A stretch of 41,106 bases of DNA from Betaproteobacteria bacterium (GCA_005888925.1 VBCP01000068.1:1-41106), one strand, 5' to 3'; positions 18,894 to 28,148 are shown, counted from the first letter of the stretch. The notes: a model not told the origin generated them from the letters alone. Translations and numbers: made by a program.

Positions 18894-19069
18894 GGCGTGC
18901 TCCAGCCGCAGCCGCTACTCCGCGCGCTTCTGCTCGGTGATGTCGCGCCCGATGCCGCGGTAGCCCTTGAACTGGCCGTCCGCATCCAACACCGGCTCGC
19001 CGCTGATCGAGAGCCAGCACGTGCTGCCGCCGGGCGCCGGACGCTGCATCTCGAAATCGCGGAACGGCT
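18121..19069. repeat. internal duplication of a PAS(-GAF) module, 870-nt period
   Basis: Identical 23-mer CATCTCGAAATCGCGGAACGGCT at 18177-18199 and 19047-19069; identical 16-mer ACCGGCTCGCCGCTGA at 18121 and 18991. Confidence 0.75.
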
Positions 19070-20093
19070 CGTGGCGCTCGAGCTGCGCGCGGTGCTGCGC
19101 CCAGTCGCCGTCGCTGAGGTTCAGCGCCGGCTGGTCCCAGCGCCGGCGGCCGAGATAGGCGGAAGCATCGAGCCCGGTCCTTTCGCCGAGCGGGCTCGAC
19201 ATGAACGCCAGGCGAAACTCGGCATCCTGCTCCCAGTACCAGTCCGACGAGAGCTGCGTGAGCTTGCGGAAGCGCTCCTCGCTCGCCTGCAGGGCCTGCT
19301 CGGCAAGCCGCTGCGCGCTGATGTCGCGAGTGATGCCGAGCACGAGATTCTCGCCGTTCGCATCGTCGCGCAGCTGCACGACGCGCGTTTCCATCCACCG
19401 GCGCGTGCCGCGCAGGCCGACGATTTCGAACTGCAGGCTGCCCCGCTCGCCCGCTGCCGCGCGGCGCGTGAGGCCGCGGAAGGCCTCGCGGTGTTCCGCG
19501 ACAACCAGGTCGAGCACGCAGCGTCCGCGCACCACCTCGAGGTCGTCCGCCTCGATCATGCGCAGTCCCGCCGGGTTCATGTCGATGAGATTGGCTTCGG
19601 CGTCGAGCAGCTTCACGCACTCGGGCTCGGCATTCACGATGGCGCGCAGCCTTGCTTCGCTCGAGCGCAGCGAATGCAGCGTGCGCGCCTGCAGGGCGGC
19701 AAGGCGCACCGGGCGCTCGAGCGAGCCGTCGGCGAGCTGCCCTTTGAGGAGGTAGTCGTAAGCGCCGCTCTGAACCGCGCGGGCACGCAACTCCGCGCTC
19801 TCGTCGACCGTCAGCGCGATCACCGGGTGGTCGCAGACGCGCACCAGTGCGGCGATGGTCTCGGCCGCCGCCGAGTCGGGCAGATGCAAATCGGCGATGA
19901 CGAGGTCGTAGCGCTCGCGCGAGAGCCGCTCGAGCGCTTCGGCGAGCGTCGTCGCGATCTGCGTGCGGCACTGGACCGACCTGATCGCGGCGAGGTGCCC
20001 CTCGACCATCATGGCCGAGACGCGTTCGTCCTCGACCAGCAGGACGCGAACGCTGCCCAGGACCTCCCCTTGCGCTGCCGCACTCCCTCCCAT
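18915..20093 (-). CDS. response regulator receiver + 2 PAS domains (N-terminal ORF of the split gene)
   Basis: VLLVEDE, DLVIADLHLPD, ALT, DYLLKG receiver motifs, followed by PAS/PAC (DWYWEQD, GIGRDITEQK). Confidence 0.8.
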   Translation of the reverse strand: MGGSAAAQGEVLGSVRVLLVEDERVSAMMVEGHLAAIRSVQCRTQIATTLAEALERLSRERYDLVIADLHLPDSAAAETIAALVRVCDHPVIALTVDESAELRARAVQSGAYDYLLKGQLADGSLERPVRLAALQARTLHSLRSSEARLRAIVNAEPECVKLLDAEANLIDMNPAGLRMIEADDLEVVRGRCVLDLVVAEHREAFRGLTRRAAAGERGSLQFEIVGLRGTRRWMETRVVQLRDDANGENLVLGITRDISAQRLAEQALQASEERFRKLTQLSSDWYWEQDAEFRLAFMSSPLGERTGLDASAYLGRRRWDQPALNLSDGDWAQHRAQLERHEPFRDFEMQRPAPGGSTCWLSISGEPVLDADGQFKGYRGIGRDITEQKRAE

Positions 20094-20229
20094 GTTTAGG
20101 AGGATACCGTGGCTGGCAGCGTCCCGGAATGACTCGGGTTCCTGCGGCTCACAGAATCTTGCGTATCGCGCGGCAATGTAAGGAATACACGCCGGCGCCG
20201 TGTGCGTTAATGCCTGCGCCGCCCTCGGC

Positions 20230-21135
20230 TCAGGGAATCAGGCCCGGCTCGAGCCGATAGCAGAATTCGGCGATCTCTCGAGGGCGCGTCCACCACACCC
20301 GAGCGGCCCCCGCGTGGCCGAGACAATGCCGCAAGGCGGCGCGCAAGCGCCGCAGGCGGAAGGGCTGACCGAAGATGTAGCTGTGGATCGAGACGTTCAT
20401 CACGAGCGGATGGCGCTCGCACTGCTCGAGCATCTCGTCGAACTGCTCGACCAGCATGTCGCAGAAGTCCGCCGCGTCCTGCTTGCGGTGCACGATCGCC
20501 TGCGAATCGTTGAGCTCGATCGGATAGGGCATCGCGAGGAGCGGCCCGGCGCGCGTGCGCAGCCATACCGGCTGGTCGTCCATCGGCCAGTCCATCAGGT
20601 ACTTGTAGCCGAGCTCCTTCAGGAGGTCGGGCGTGTGCGCTGTCTCGTAGGCGCCCGAGCCCATCCAGCCGGCGGGCGGCGCGCCTTCGTGGCGCGCGAT
20701 CGTCTCGGTCACTTCGCGCAGGATGCGCTCCTCGTCGGGCTGCCACAGGCCGCGCAGGTTTTCGGCATTGGTGCGGCCATGCGCCACCACCTCATCGCCG
20801 CGCTTGCGGATCGCCGCCATGACCTGCGGCGCGTACTCGTAGACCAGGCTGTTGGTGTTGTGTGCCGCCGGCAGCGCAAGCTCGTCGAAGAGCTCGAGCA
20901 GTCGCCACACGCCGATGCGGTTGCCGTAGTCGCGCCAAGAATAGTTGCGATGGGTCTGCGGCTCGCCGGTCTTGGCCGGATCGTGTCCGAGGCCGGCGCC
21001 GAAAGCGAACCACTCGACATTGGTGGTGATGACGAACGCGAGTCGCTTGCCGTCCGGCCAGCTGTAGTCGCGCCGCTCCGGCAGCGGCACGTAGTCGTAC
21101 CGGCTGTGCTGGGGCAGCAGCGCGCGTTTCTCCAT
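20230..21135 (-). CDS. polysaccharide deacetylase-family (PuuE/allantoinase-like) hydrolase
   Basis: WPDGKRLAF..NVE, WRDYGNRIGVWR, EVVAHG, GW..G, MDWPMDDQP, PYPIELND, SIHSYIFGQPFR. Confidence 0.85.
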   Translation of the reverse strand: MEKRALLPQHSRYDYVPLPERRDYSWPDGKRLAFVITTNVEWFAFGAGLGHDPAKTGEPQTHRNYSWRDYGNRIGVWRLLELFDELALPAAHNTNSLVYEYAPQVMAAIRKRGDEVVAHGRTNAENLRGLWQPDEERILREVTETIARHEGAPPAGWMGSGAYETAHTPDLLKELGYKYLMDWPMDDQPVWLRTRAGPLLAMPYPIELNDSQAIVHRKQDAADFCDMLVEQFDEMLEQCERHPLVMNVSIHSYIFGQPFRLRRLRAALRHCLGHAGAARVWWTRPREIAEFCYRLEPGLIP

Positions 21136-21137
21136 AC

Positions 21138-22343
21138 CTAGAGATTCATCTCCAGCGCGTAGAGGCCGCCGGCATGGCGGTCGACGGCGAACACGATGCC
21201 GCGGTCATCGACGAACACGTCGTTGATCTGCACCGCGCCGACGTGGGACCCCTCGGGCGCCGGCGGCACGAAGTAGGCGATCTCGCGCGGCTCGAAAGGA
21301 TCGCGCACGTCGTAGGCCCGGACGCCCGCGTTGAAGAAGGTGCCGAGCACGATGTCCTCGGAGCGCCACGCGCCCATGGCCGGCGGATTCTCGTGCACGT
21401 TGTGCGCGCCGCAGCGCCCGCCCTGGTGCAGCAATGGCTTGACGCCCGCCACCGGCAGCGTGCCGATGCTGACGAGATTGCGCTCGTCGCGCGCATCCAG
21501 CAGCCAGACGAGCTTCGGCCAGTCGGCGCCGTCGTTCTGGATCGACTCGTCGGTGACCACCAGCAGCTCGCGGCTGAAGAGCGGCAGCACGGTATGCGTG
21601 AAGCCGTTGTACGGCGGCGAATTCGCCCAGCGCGAGACGAGCTGCGGCCGGCTGCGGTCGGCAATGTCGAGCACCATCATGCCGCCGTCGAGATAGCCGA
21701 GATAGCAGCGATCGGGCCGCTCGGGATAGACGTTGGTGTTGTGCGCGCGGAATCCAGCGTCGTGTTTGGCCGCGAGGCGCCGCGGCGGCGGCGCCTCGTC
21801 GCCTTGCATCGTTCCGGGCAAGTGCCAGCGCCCGAGCGCCACCGGCTTTGCCGGGGTGCTCACATCGACGATGCGGTAGATCTGATCGTCCTTCAGATCG
21901 CGCGGCTTGAGCTCGGGATCGCCGCAGGCCATGTGCACGGTCTTGCCGTCGACGAACCACAGCGCGTGGCAGCCGCGCGAATGCGGCCCGGACGCATCGA
22001 ACATCGCGATCGAGCGCGGACGCTCCGGCTCGGAGATGTCGAACAACTCGAAGCCGGCGGGCTTGAGCCCCCACTCGCTCACCTGATAGGCCACCGCCAT
22101 GAGCTCGCCCGAGACCTCGAGGGAGTTCGAGCGCATCTTTGCGTGCGGCAGGTCGGTCTGCACGATGACCCGGGGCTTGCGCGGATCGGTGACGTCGACG
22201 GCGGTGAAGTTCTTCGGCGCGCTTTCGTGCGCGAGCCACAGTACGCGGCGGCCGCCGCGCGCGAGCTGCAGCGACATGCCTTCGCCCATGCCGCCGTAGC
22301 CGTTGAGCCGGTGCTGCGAGATGAGCTTCATGTTCGATTGCAT
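21138..22343 (-). CDS. LVIVD-repeat beta-propeller protein
   Basis: Repeated VDVTDPRKP / FDISEPERP / VDVSTPAKP / LDIADRSRP / YDVRDPFEP blades; FNAGVR, INDVFVDDRG, DR..GGLY. Confidence 0.82.
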   Translation of the reverse strand: MQSNMKLISQHRLNGYGGMGEGMSLQLARGGRRVLWLAHESAPKNFTAVDVTDPRKPRVIVQTDLPHAKMRSNSLEVSGELMAVAYQVSEWGLKPAGFELFDISEPERPRSIAMFDASGPHSRGCHALWFVDGKTVHMACGDPELKPRDLKDDQIYRIVDVSTPAKPVALGRWHLPGTMQGDEAPPPRRLAAKHDAGFRAHNTNVYPERPDRCYLGYLDGGMMVLDIADRSRPQLVSRWANSPPYNGFTHTVLPLFSRELLVVTDESIQNDGADWPKLVWLLDARDERNLVSIGTLPVAGVKPLLHQGGRCGAHNVHENPPAMGAWRSEDIVLGTFFNAGVRAYDVRDPFEPREIAYFVPPAPEGSHVGAVQINDVFVDDRGIVFAVDRHAGGLYALEMNL

Positions 22344-22364
22344 GGAGCGCTACCATAGCAGACG
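22344..22364. promoter_or_regulatory. putative bidirectional leaderless promoter
   Basis: TACCAT (22351-22356, +) 8 nt before ATG 22365; TATGGT (22357-22352, -) 8 nt before ATG 22343. Confidence 0.55.
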
Positions 22365-22457
22365 ATGAAACGAATTCTCGCCGCCGCGCTCGTGACGTTC
22401 GCAACCGCCGCGCCCGCGCAAAGCTGGCCCGCCCGCCCCGGCGCCAAGGCCGCATAG
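22365..22457 (+). pseudogene. Bug/TctC gene remnant (N-terminal 25 codons fused to C-terminal 5 codons)
   Basis: Translates MKRILAAALVTFATAAPAQSWPARP-GAKAA*: Bug-type signal peptide and AQxWPxRP start joined to a Bug-type GAKxx end (compare SGARVD* at 14678). Confidence 0.75.
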
Positions 22458-22458
22458 C

Positions 22459-23232
22459 GTGGAAACCGTTCTCGTCGGCCCTGCCCCGCGCATCGCGGTC
22501 TCGTTCGCGGGCAGCGGGCCGCTGGTGCTGTTCCTGCACGGCATTCGCGGCAACCGGCGCAACTGGTTCGGGCAGATCGAGGCCTTCTCGGCGGCGAACT
22601 TCACCGCCGCCGCCTGGGACGCGCGCGGCTACGGCGAATCCGACGACTACGCCGGAGGGCTGCAGTTCGATCATCTCCCCGGCGATGTCCTCAGGGTGGT
22701 CGAGCATTTCGGCGCCCGGAAGATCCATCTCGTGGGCCTGTCGATGGGCGGGCGCATCGCACGCAACGTCGCGCTGCGCTTTCCCGAGCGCCTGCACTCG
22801 CTCACCCTCGTCGCCACGACCCCGGGCTTCGACGCGCTTTCGGCCGACGCGGTGCGCCGCTTCGTCACCGAGCATCGCACGCGCACCGCGGAGACCGTGC
22901 GGCGCCTGATCGGCAGCCGCGCGCGCCCGGAGACGTTCGAAGAGCTGGCCGACAGCCTGGCGCGGGTGCGCGAGGAGTCCTACCGCAAGACGCTCGTGGC
23001 GTCGGTCGCGCAGGATCGCGACGCGCCGATCGAGAAGATCCGCGTCCCGACGCTGGTCGTTGCCGGCGACGAGGACAAGGTCTACCCGCTGCAGCTCGCG
23101 CGCGAACTGGCGCAGCGCATCCCCGGCGCGGAGCTGGTCATCATGAAAGGCGCCGGCCATCTGCCGAACATCGAGCGGCCCGAGCGCTTCAACGAGATCC
23201 TGCTCGACTTTCTCAAACGGAGATCCTCATGA
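22459..23232 (+). CDS. alpha/beta hydrolase (PcaD/enol-lactonase-like)
   Basis: [34 protein letters not shown]. Confidence 0.88.
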   Translation: METVLVGPAPRIAVSFAGSGPLVLFLHGIRGNRRNWFGQIEAFSAANFTAAAWDARGYGESDDYAGGLQFDHLPGDVLRVVEHFGARKIHLVGLSMGGRIARNVALRFPERLHSLTLVATTPGFDALSADAVRRFVTEHRTRTAETVRRLIGSRARPETFEELADSLARVREESYRKTLVASVAQDRDAPIEKIRVPTLVVAGDEDKVYPLQLARELAQRIPGAELVIMKGAGHLPNIERPERFNEILLDFLKRRSS

Positions 23233-23984
23233 GCTCGCAGAAAAGAGTCGCAGTCGTCACCGGCGCCGGCACCGGCATCGGCAAATCCGCCGCGCTCGCC
23301 CTTCTCAAGGACGGCTACCACGTAGCGCTCGTCGGGCGGCGCAAGGAGCTGCTGGAGAAGACAGCCGTCGATTCGGGCGCGAAAGAGCGCGCCATGGTGC
23401 TGCCTGCCGATATCACCCGGCCCGAGAATGTCCACTCGGTGTTTGCGAAGGTCAAGGACCAGTGGGGCCGGCTCGACGTCCTCTTCAACAACGCCGGCAT
23501 GGGCGCGCCGGCGGTGCCGATGGAAGAGCTGCCGCTCGAGACCTGGCGCGCCGTGGTGGAGATCAACCTCAACGCGATGTTCATGTGCACGCAGGAGGCG
23601 ATCCGCATCATGAAGGCGCAGGATCCCAAGGGCGGGCGCATCATCAACAACGGCTCGATTTCGGCGCACGCGCCGCGGCCGCTGTCGGTCGCCTACACCG
23701 CGACCAAGCACGCGGTCACCGGGCTCACCAAGTGCATCTCGCTCGACTGCCGCAAGCACGACATCGCCTGCGGCCAGATCGACATCGGCAACGCCGCGAC
23801 CGAGATGACCGAGCGCATGACCAAGGGCGTGCCGCAGCCGAACGGCAGCACCATGGTCGAGCCGCGCATGGACGTGAAGCACGTCGGCAGCGCGGTGCTC
23901 TATATGGCCAGCCTGCCGCTCGATGCCAACGTGCAGTTCATGACCATCATGGCCAGCAAGATGCCGTTCGTCGGGCGCGGCTGA
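23229..23984 (+). CDS. short-chain dehydrogenase/reductase
   Basis: [24 protein letters not shown] catalytic motif. Confidence 0.92.
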   Translation: MSSQKRVAVVTGAGTGIGKSAALALLKDGYHVALVGRRKELLEKTAVDSGAKERAMVLPADITRPENVHSVFAKVKDQWGRLDVLFNNAGMGAPAVPMEELPLETWRAVVEINLNAMFMCTQEAIRIMKAQDPKGGRIINNGSISAHAPRPLSVAYTATKHAVTGLTKCISLDCRKHDIACGQIDIGNAATEMTERMTKGVPQPNGSTMVEPRMDVKHVGSAVLYMASLPLDANVQFMTIMASKMPFVGRG

Positions 23985-24037
23985 GGAGCGCCCCGCCGGC
24001 GGGCATACAATGCCCGCGGGGAAGGGAGGATAGTCGC

Positions 24038-27000
24038 CTGCAGCTTGGCGGAACCGATTTGCGCCAGTGGCTGCGCCAGCCGGCCGCGTGGACGATTCTC
24101 GGCATCGGCGCCGTGGTGTCGCTCTTCGCCTGGCGCTCGCTCACCACTGAAGTCGAGCACGCGGCGCGCGCGAGCTTCAACGCGGTCGCCGCCGAATCGC
24201 GCAACGCGATCCAGTCCCGGCTGCGCGACTATCGCGTCATCCTGCTCGGCCTGCAGGGCCTGCTCGAGGCGAAGCCCGACCTCGACCGCGTTGGTTTCGA
24301 GCGCTATATCGAGAACCTGACCTCCGCGCACAGCGCGGGCCAGGTGCGCTCGTTCAGCTATGCGCGGCGCGTGCCGCGTGCGTTGAAAGACGAATACGAG
24401 AAGGCGGTGCGCGCCGACACGAGCTTGCATCCGGCGGGCTACCCGCAGTTCGCGGTGCGCCCGCCGGGAGCGCGCCACGAGTACGTGGTGATCCACTACG
24501 TCTCGCCGTACAAGGGCAACGAAAGAGGCTTGGGGCTCGACCTGATGGCCGATCCGGAAAGGCGCCAGGTCGTCGAGCGCACGCGCGACACGGGCGAGAT
24601 CGTCGCCACCGGACCGATCACCCTCGTCTCCACGGGCGAGCGCGCGGTGAGCATGCGCCTCGCCGTGTATCGCACCGACGCCATGATCACCAGCCTCGAC
24701 CTGCGCCGCGAGATGTTCGGCGGCGTCGCCAACATCACGTTCAGCGTGCGCGACGTCGCCGCCGACATCGTCGCGCGCCACGCTTCGTCCGCGCTGCAGC
24801 TGCGCGTACTCGACGGCGGCGAGGCGCTGTACGAAAGCAGCGCTGCGCCGGCGGCCGCGGGCGCGTTCCGCGTCACGACGCCGCTGGAAGTCGGCGGCCG
24901 CGAGTGGCGGCTCGAATTCAGCGCGCCGCCGGAGCGCTTCCGCACCGCGGGCGACGCGCTGATGCCCTGGCTCGCGCTCATCGGCGGACTCGCCATCAGC
25001 GTGCTGCTGGCGGGACTGGTGGGCTCGCTCGCCACCTCGACGCGGCGCGCGCGCCGCATCGCCCGCGAGATTACGGAAGACCTGCGCCAGAGCCAGGCCG
25101 AACTGCTCGAAGCGCAGCGCAAGACGGAGCTGCTCATTGAAACGCTGCCCAATCCGGTGTTCTTCAAGGGCATCGACGGGCGCTACCTCGGCGTCAACAG
25201 GGCCTGGGAAGTCTTCTTCAAGCGGCCGCGGGCCTCGATCATCGGTCGCCCGGTGCACGATCTCTATCCGCATGCGCCCGAGATCGCCCAGCGTATGCAC
25301 GCTGCCGACCAAAGCCTGTGGGCCGAGCCGGGCACCCAGACCTACGAGGCCTCGCTGACGCTGCCCGACGGCACGCAGCGCGACACGATCTACTACAAGG
25401 CGACCTTTACCGGTCCGCAGGGCGCCGTCGCCGGCCTGATCGGCACGATCATCGACATCACCGAGCGCAAGCAGGCGGAAAAGCGCCAGGCGATGGAGCA
25501 TGCCGTCACGCGCCTGCTCGCGAGCGCCGACACTTCCGGTGCCGCGCTGCCGCAAGTGATCCGCATCATCTGCGAATCCGTAGGCTGGACCTGCGGCGCG
25601 CTCTTGCGTCCGGAGCCGCAGTCCAAGCAACTGCGTTATGCGATCGGCTGGGGCGCGGAGTCGGCCGAAATCCAGCAACAGCTAATGGCGGCGGCGAGGG
25701 ACAAGGTTGACGGCGCCATCAGCTTCCCGCTCCTGCTTGGCACCGAGGTGCTGGGCGTGCTCGCCTTCCTCGGCGCGGCGCACGCGCCGGACCCGCAGCT
25801 CATGGCGATGATGCAGTCGATCGGCAGCCAGGTCGGCCAATACCTGCAGCGCAAGCAGGCCGAGGATGCGCTGCGCTTCGTCGCCACGCACGACTCGCTC
25901 ACCGGCCTGCCCAATCGCATCATGTTCGGACAGCGCCTCGATCACGCCTTGACGCAGGCCAAGCGCCACGGGCGGCGCCTCGCGGTGCTGTTCATCGACC
26001 TCGACCGCTTCAAGAACATCAACGACACGCTCGGCCACGAGTTCGGCGACACCTTGCTGCGCGACGTCGCCCAACGCCTCACGCAGAGCGTGCGCGCAAG
26101 CGACACCATCGGCCGCCTCGGCGGCGACGAGTTCGTGGTGCTGCTCGAAGAAGTCAGCGCGCCGATGCTCATCGTCGGCGTGGCGCAGAAGCTGATCGCC
26201 GCGCTCGCGCAGGGCTTCCCGCTGGCCGGCAAGGAATATCACGTCTCCGCCAGCATCGGCGTCAGCACCTACCCCGACGACGCGCAGGACGCCCAGGAGC
26301 TGCTCAAGAACGCCGATATCGCGATGTACCGCGCGAAGGAACAGGGCCGCAATACGTTCCAGTTCTACGCCGCACAGCACAACATCCACACGGTTGAGCG
26401 CCTGACGCTCGAATCGGGGCTGCGCCGCGCGCTCGAGCGCGGCCAGCTCGTGCTGCACTACCAGCCGCAGGTCGACCTCGCCAGCGGCCGCATCGTCGGA
26501 TTCGAGGCGCTGGTGCGCTGGCAGCACCCGGAGCTCGGCCTGCTGCCGCCGGCGAGCTTCATTGCGATTGCCGAGGAGACCGGCCTGATCGTGCCGATCG
26601 GGCAATGGGTGATGCATGCCGCCTGCGCCACGCAGCGCGCGTGGCGCGAAGCCGGCCACGCGCCGCTGCGCATGTCGGTGAACCTGTCGCCGCGCCAGTT
26701 CCTGCACAGCGGGCTGATCGACGATATCGCCGGACTGGTGCGCGCGAGCGCGGCAGACGCGGCGTTTCTCGAGCTTGAGATCACCGAAGGCATGGTGATG
26801 CAGGACCCGGAGCGCGCGGGCAGCCTGCTGCGGGAAATCCGCAACATCGGCGGCGTGCGCATCGCCATCGACGATTTCGGCACCGGCCATTCCTCGCTCG
26901 CCTACCTCAAGCGCTTCCCGGTGGACAACCTCAAGATTGACCGCTCCTTCATCGCCGATATCCCGGCCGACCGCGGCGACGCCGCGATCACCCAGGCGAT

Positions 27001-27202
27001 CATCGCCATGGGCCACAGCCTGGAGATGAAGGTGATCGCCGAAGGCGTCGAGACGCAAGCGCAGTACGACTTCCTCGTCGCCCAGGGTTGCGACGAGTAC
27101 CAGGGCTATTTCTTCAGCAAGCCGGTGCCCGAAGCGCAGGCGCGCGCGCTGCTGCCGGCCGCGGCGCTAGGCGAGCCTCAGATTCGCTTCACTGCGCGCT
27201 GA
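24038..27202 (+). CDS. membrane CHASE-PAS-(short GAF)-GGDEF-EAL c-di-GMP enzyme
   Basis: Two TM segments flank a CHASE domain (GNERGLGLDL, TGPITLV); PAS; HDSLTGLPNR, RASD I-site, GGDEF, EALVRW, DDFGTG. Start uncertain: CTG 24038 (GGAGG 8 nt upstream) or TTG 24059. Confidence 0.88.
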   Translation: MQLGGTDLRQWLRQPAAWTILGIGAVVSLFAWRSLTTEVEHAARASFNAVAAESRNAIQSRLRDYRVILLGLQGLLEAKPDLDRVGFERYIENLTSAHSAGQVRSFSYARRVPRALKDEYEKAVRADTSLHPAGYPQFAVRPPGARHEYVVIHYVSPYKGNERGLGLDLMADPERRQVVERTRDTGEIVATGPITLVSTGERAVSMRLAVYRTDAMITSLDLRREMFGGVANITFSVRDVAADIVARHASSALQLRVLDGGEALYESSAAPAAAGAFRVTTPLEVGGREWRLEFSAPPERFRTAGDALMPWLALIGGLAISVLLAGLVGSLATSTRRARRIAREITEDLRQSQAELLEAQRKTELLIETLPNPVFFKGIDGRYLGVNRAWEVFFKRPRASIIGRPVHDLYPHAPEIAQRMHAADQSLWAEPGTQTYEASLTLPDGTQRDTIYYKATFTGPQGAVAGLIGTIIDITERKQAEKRQAMEHAVTRLLASADTSGAALPQVIRIICESVGWTCGALLRPEPQSKQLRYAIGWGAESAEIQQQLMAAARDKVDGAISFPLLLGTEVLGVLAFLGAAHAPDPQLMAMMQSIGSQVGQYLQRKQAEDALRFVATHDSLTGLPNRIMFGQRLDHALTQAKRHGRRLAVLFIDLDRFKNINDTLGHEFGDTLLRDVAQRLTQSVRASDTIGRLGGDEFVVLLEEVSAPMLIVGVAQKLIAALAQGFPLAGKEYHVSASIGVSTYPDDAQDAQELLKNADIAMYRAKEQGRNTFQFYAAQHNIHTVERLTLESGLRRALERGQLVLHYQPQVDLASGRIVGFEALVRWQHPELGLLPPASFIAIAEETGLIVPIGQWVMHAACATQRAWREAGHAPLRMSVNLSPRQFLHSGLIDDIAGLVRASAADAAFLELEITEGMVMQDPERAGSLLREIRNIGGVRIAIDDFGTGHSSLAYLKRFPVDNLKIDRSFIADIPADRGDAAITQAIIAMGHSLEMKVIAEGVETQAQYDFLVAQGCDEYQGYFFSKPVPEAQARALLPAAALGEPQIRFTAR

Positions 27203-28148
27203 TCTTCGCGTCGCGAATCAGCCTGCCATAGCGCTCGAGATCCGCGCGGATCAGCGCGGCGAGTTCCTCGGGCGTGCCGGTGACGATATCGTTGCCGCCC
27301 TGCACGGCGATGCGCTCGTGCACGTCCGGCGCGCGCATCGCCTTCACGATCTGCGCATTTAGCCTCTGCACCACCGCGCGCGGCGTTCCCGCTGGGGCGA
27401 GCACCCCCTGCCATTGCGACATGTCGAAGCCGGCGAAGCCCGCCTCCTGCAGCGTCGGCACCTCGGGGAGGGACGACGCCCGCTTCGCGCTCGACACCGC
27501 AAAGGCGCGCAGCTTCCCGGCCCGCACATGCGGCACCGAGGTGATCACCGTGTCGAACATGAACGCGAGCTGCCCGCCGAGGAGATCGGCGAGCGCCGGC
27601 GCGCTGCCCTTGTACGGGATATGGTTGAAGCGCGTCCCGGTCGCGAGGCCGAAGAGCTCGGCGGCAAGATGGTTGCCGCCGCCGATGCCGGTCGAGCCAT
27701 ACGCTAGGCCGCCAGGTTTCGCCCGCGCCGCCGCGACCAAGTCCGCGATGGTTTTGTACGGCGCATCGGCGCGCGTCACCAGGACGTACTGGTACACGGC
27801 GCACTGCGCTACGGGCGCCAGATCGCGCACCGGATCGTAGGGCACCTGCGGATAGAGCACCGGGTTCACCACGATCGGCCCGCTCGCCACGGCGAGCAGC
27901 GTGTAGCCATCAGGCGCGCTCTTCGCTACGAAGTCGGTGCCGATGCCACCGTTCGCGCCGGGCTTGTTCTCGACCACGAAGCTCTGCTTCAGCGCCTCGG
28001 TGAGCTTCTGCGAGAGCGTCCGCGCCCAGATGTCCGCGTTGCCGCCGGCGACGTAAGGCACGACGACGCGCACCGGCTTGTTCGGAAAGTCCTGCGCCGC
28101 CGCCGGGCTCGCGACGAGCGCGAGAAACAGGATGAGCAGTGGTTTCAT
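27189..28148 (-). CDS. Bug/TctC substrate-binding protein
   Basis: FPNKPVRVVVPYVAGGNAD, ENKPGANG, HIPYKG. Confidence 0.9.
   Translation of the reverse strand: MKPLLILFLALVASPAAAQDFPNKPVRVVVPYVAGGNADIWARTLSQKLTEALKQSFVVENKPGANGGIGTDFVAKSAPDGYTLLAVASGPIVVNPVLYPQVPYDPVRDLAPVAQCAVYQYVLVTRADAPYKTIADLVAAARAKPGGLAYGSTGIGGGNHLAAELFGLATGTRFNHIPYKGSAPALADLLGGQLAFMFDTVITSVPHVRAGKLRAFAVSSAKRASSLPEVPTLQEAGFAGFDMSQWQGVLAPAGTPRAVVQRLNAQIVKAMRAPDVHERIAVQGGNDIVTGTPEELAALIRADLERYGRLIRDAKISAQ

Larger units (their letters stand above)
14922..20093 (-). pseudogene. REC-PAS-PAS-GAF-PAS-GAF-PAS-PAS-GAF-GGDEF-EAL c-di-GMP enzyme interrupted by one in-frame TAG at 18917-18915
   Basis: ORFs 18915..20093 and 14922..18893 are in the same frame; the junction reads KRAE*RLRLEHAVTRVLA, matching the paralogous linkers RREERLVALEHAVAR and KQAEKRQAMEHAVTRLLA. 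Confidence 0.7.

Noticed and set aside
18915..18917. Pyrrolysine or alternative genetic code explanation of the TAG
   Set aside because: TAG is an ordinary stop for many genes here (e.g. 2028, 5864, 7849, 36307) and no pyl genes are present.
20098..20132. AGGAGG + GTG 7-codon ORF (MAGSVPE) on the plus strand
   Set aside because: Too short, no supporting context; the GGAGG is explained as one arm of the hairpin over the opposite-strand start.
23462..24037. ORF-track 5' extension fusing the SDR region to the CHASE protein
   Set aside because: Off-frame overlap with the SDR gene; a separate -10 and SD exist at 24006-24029.
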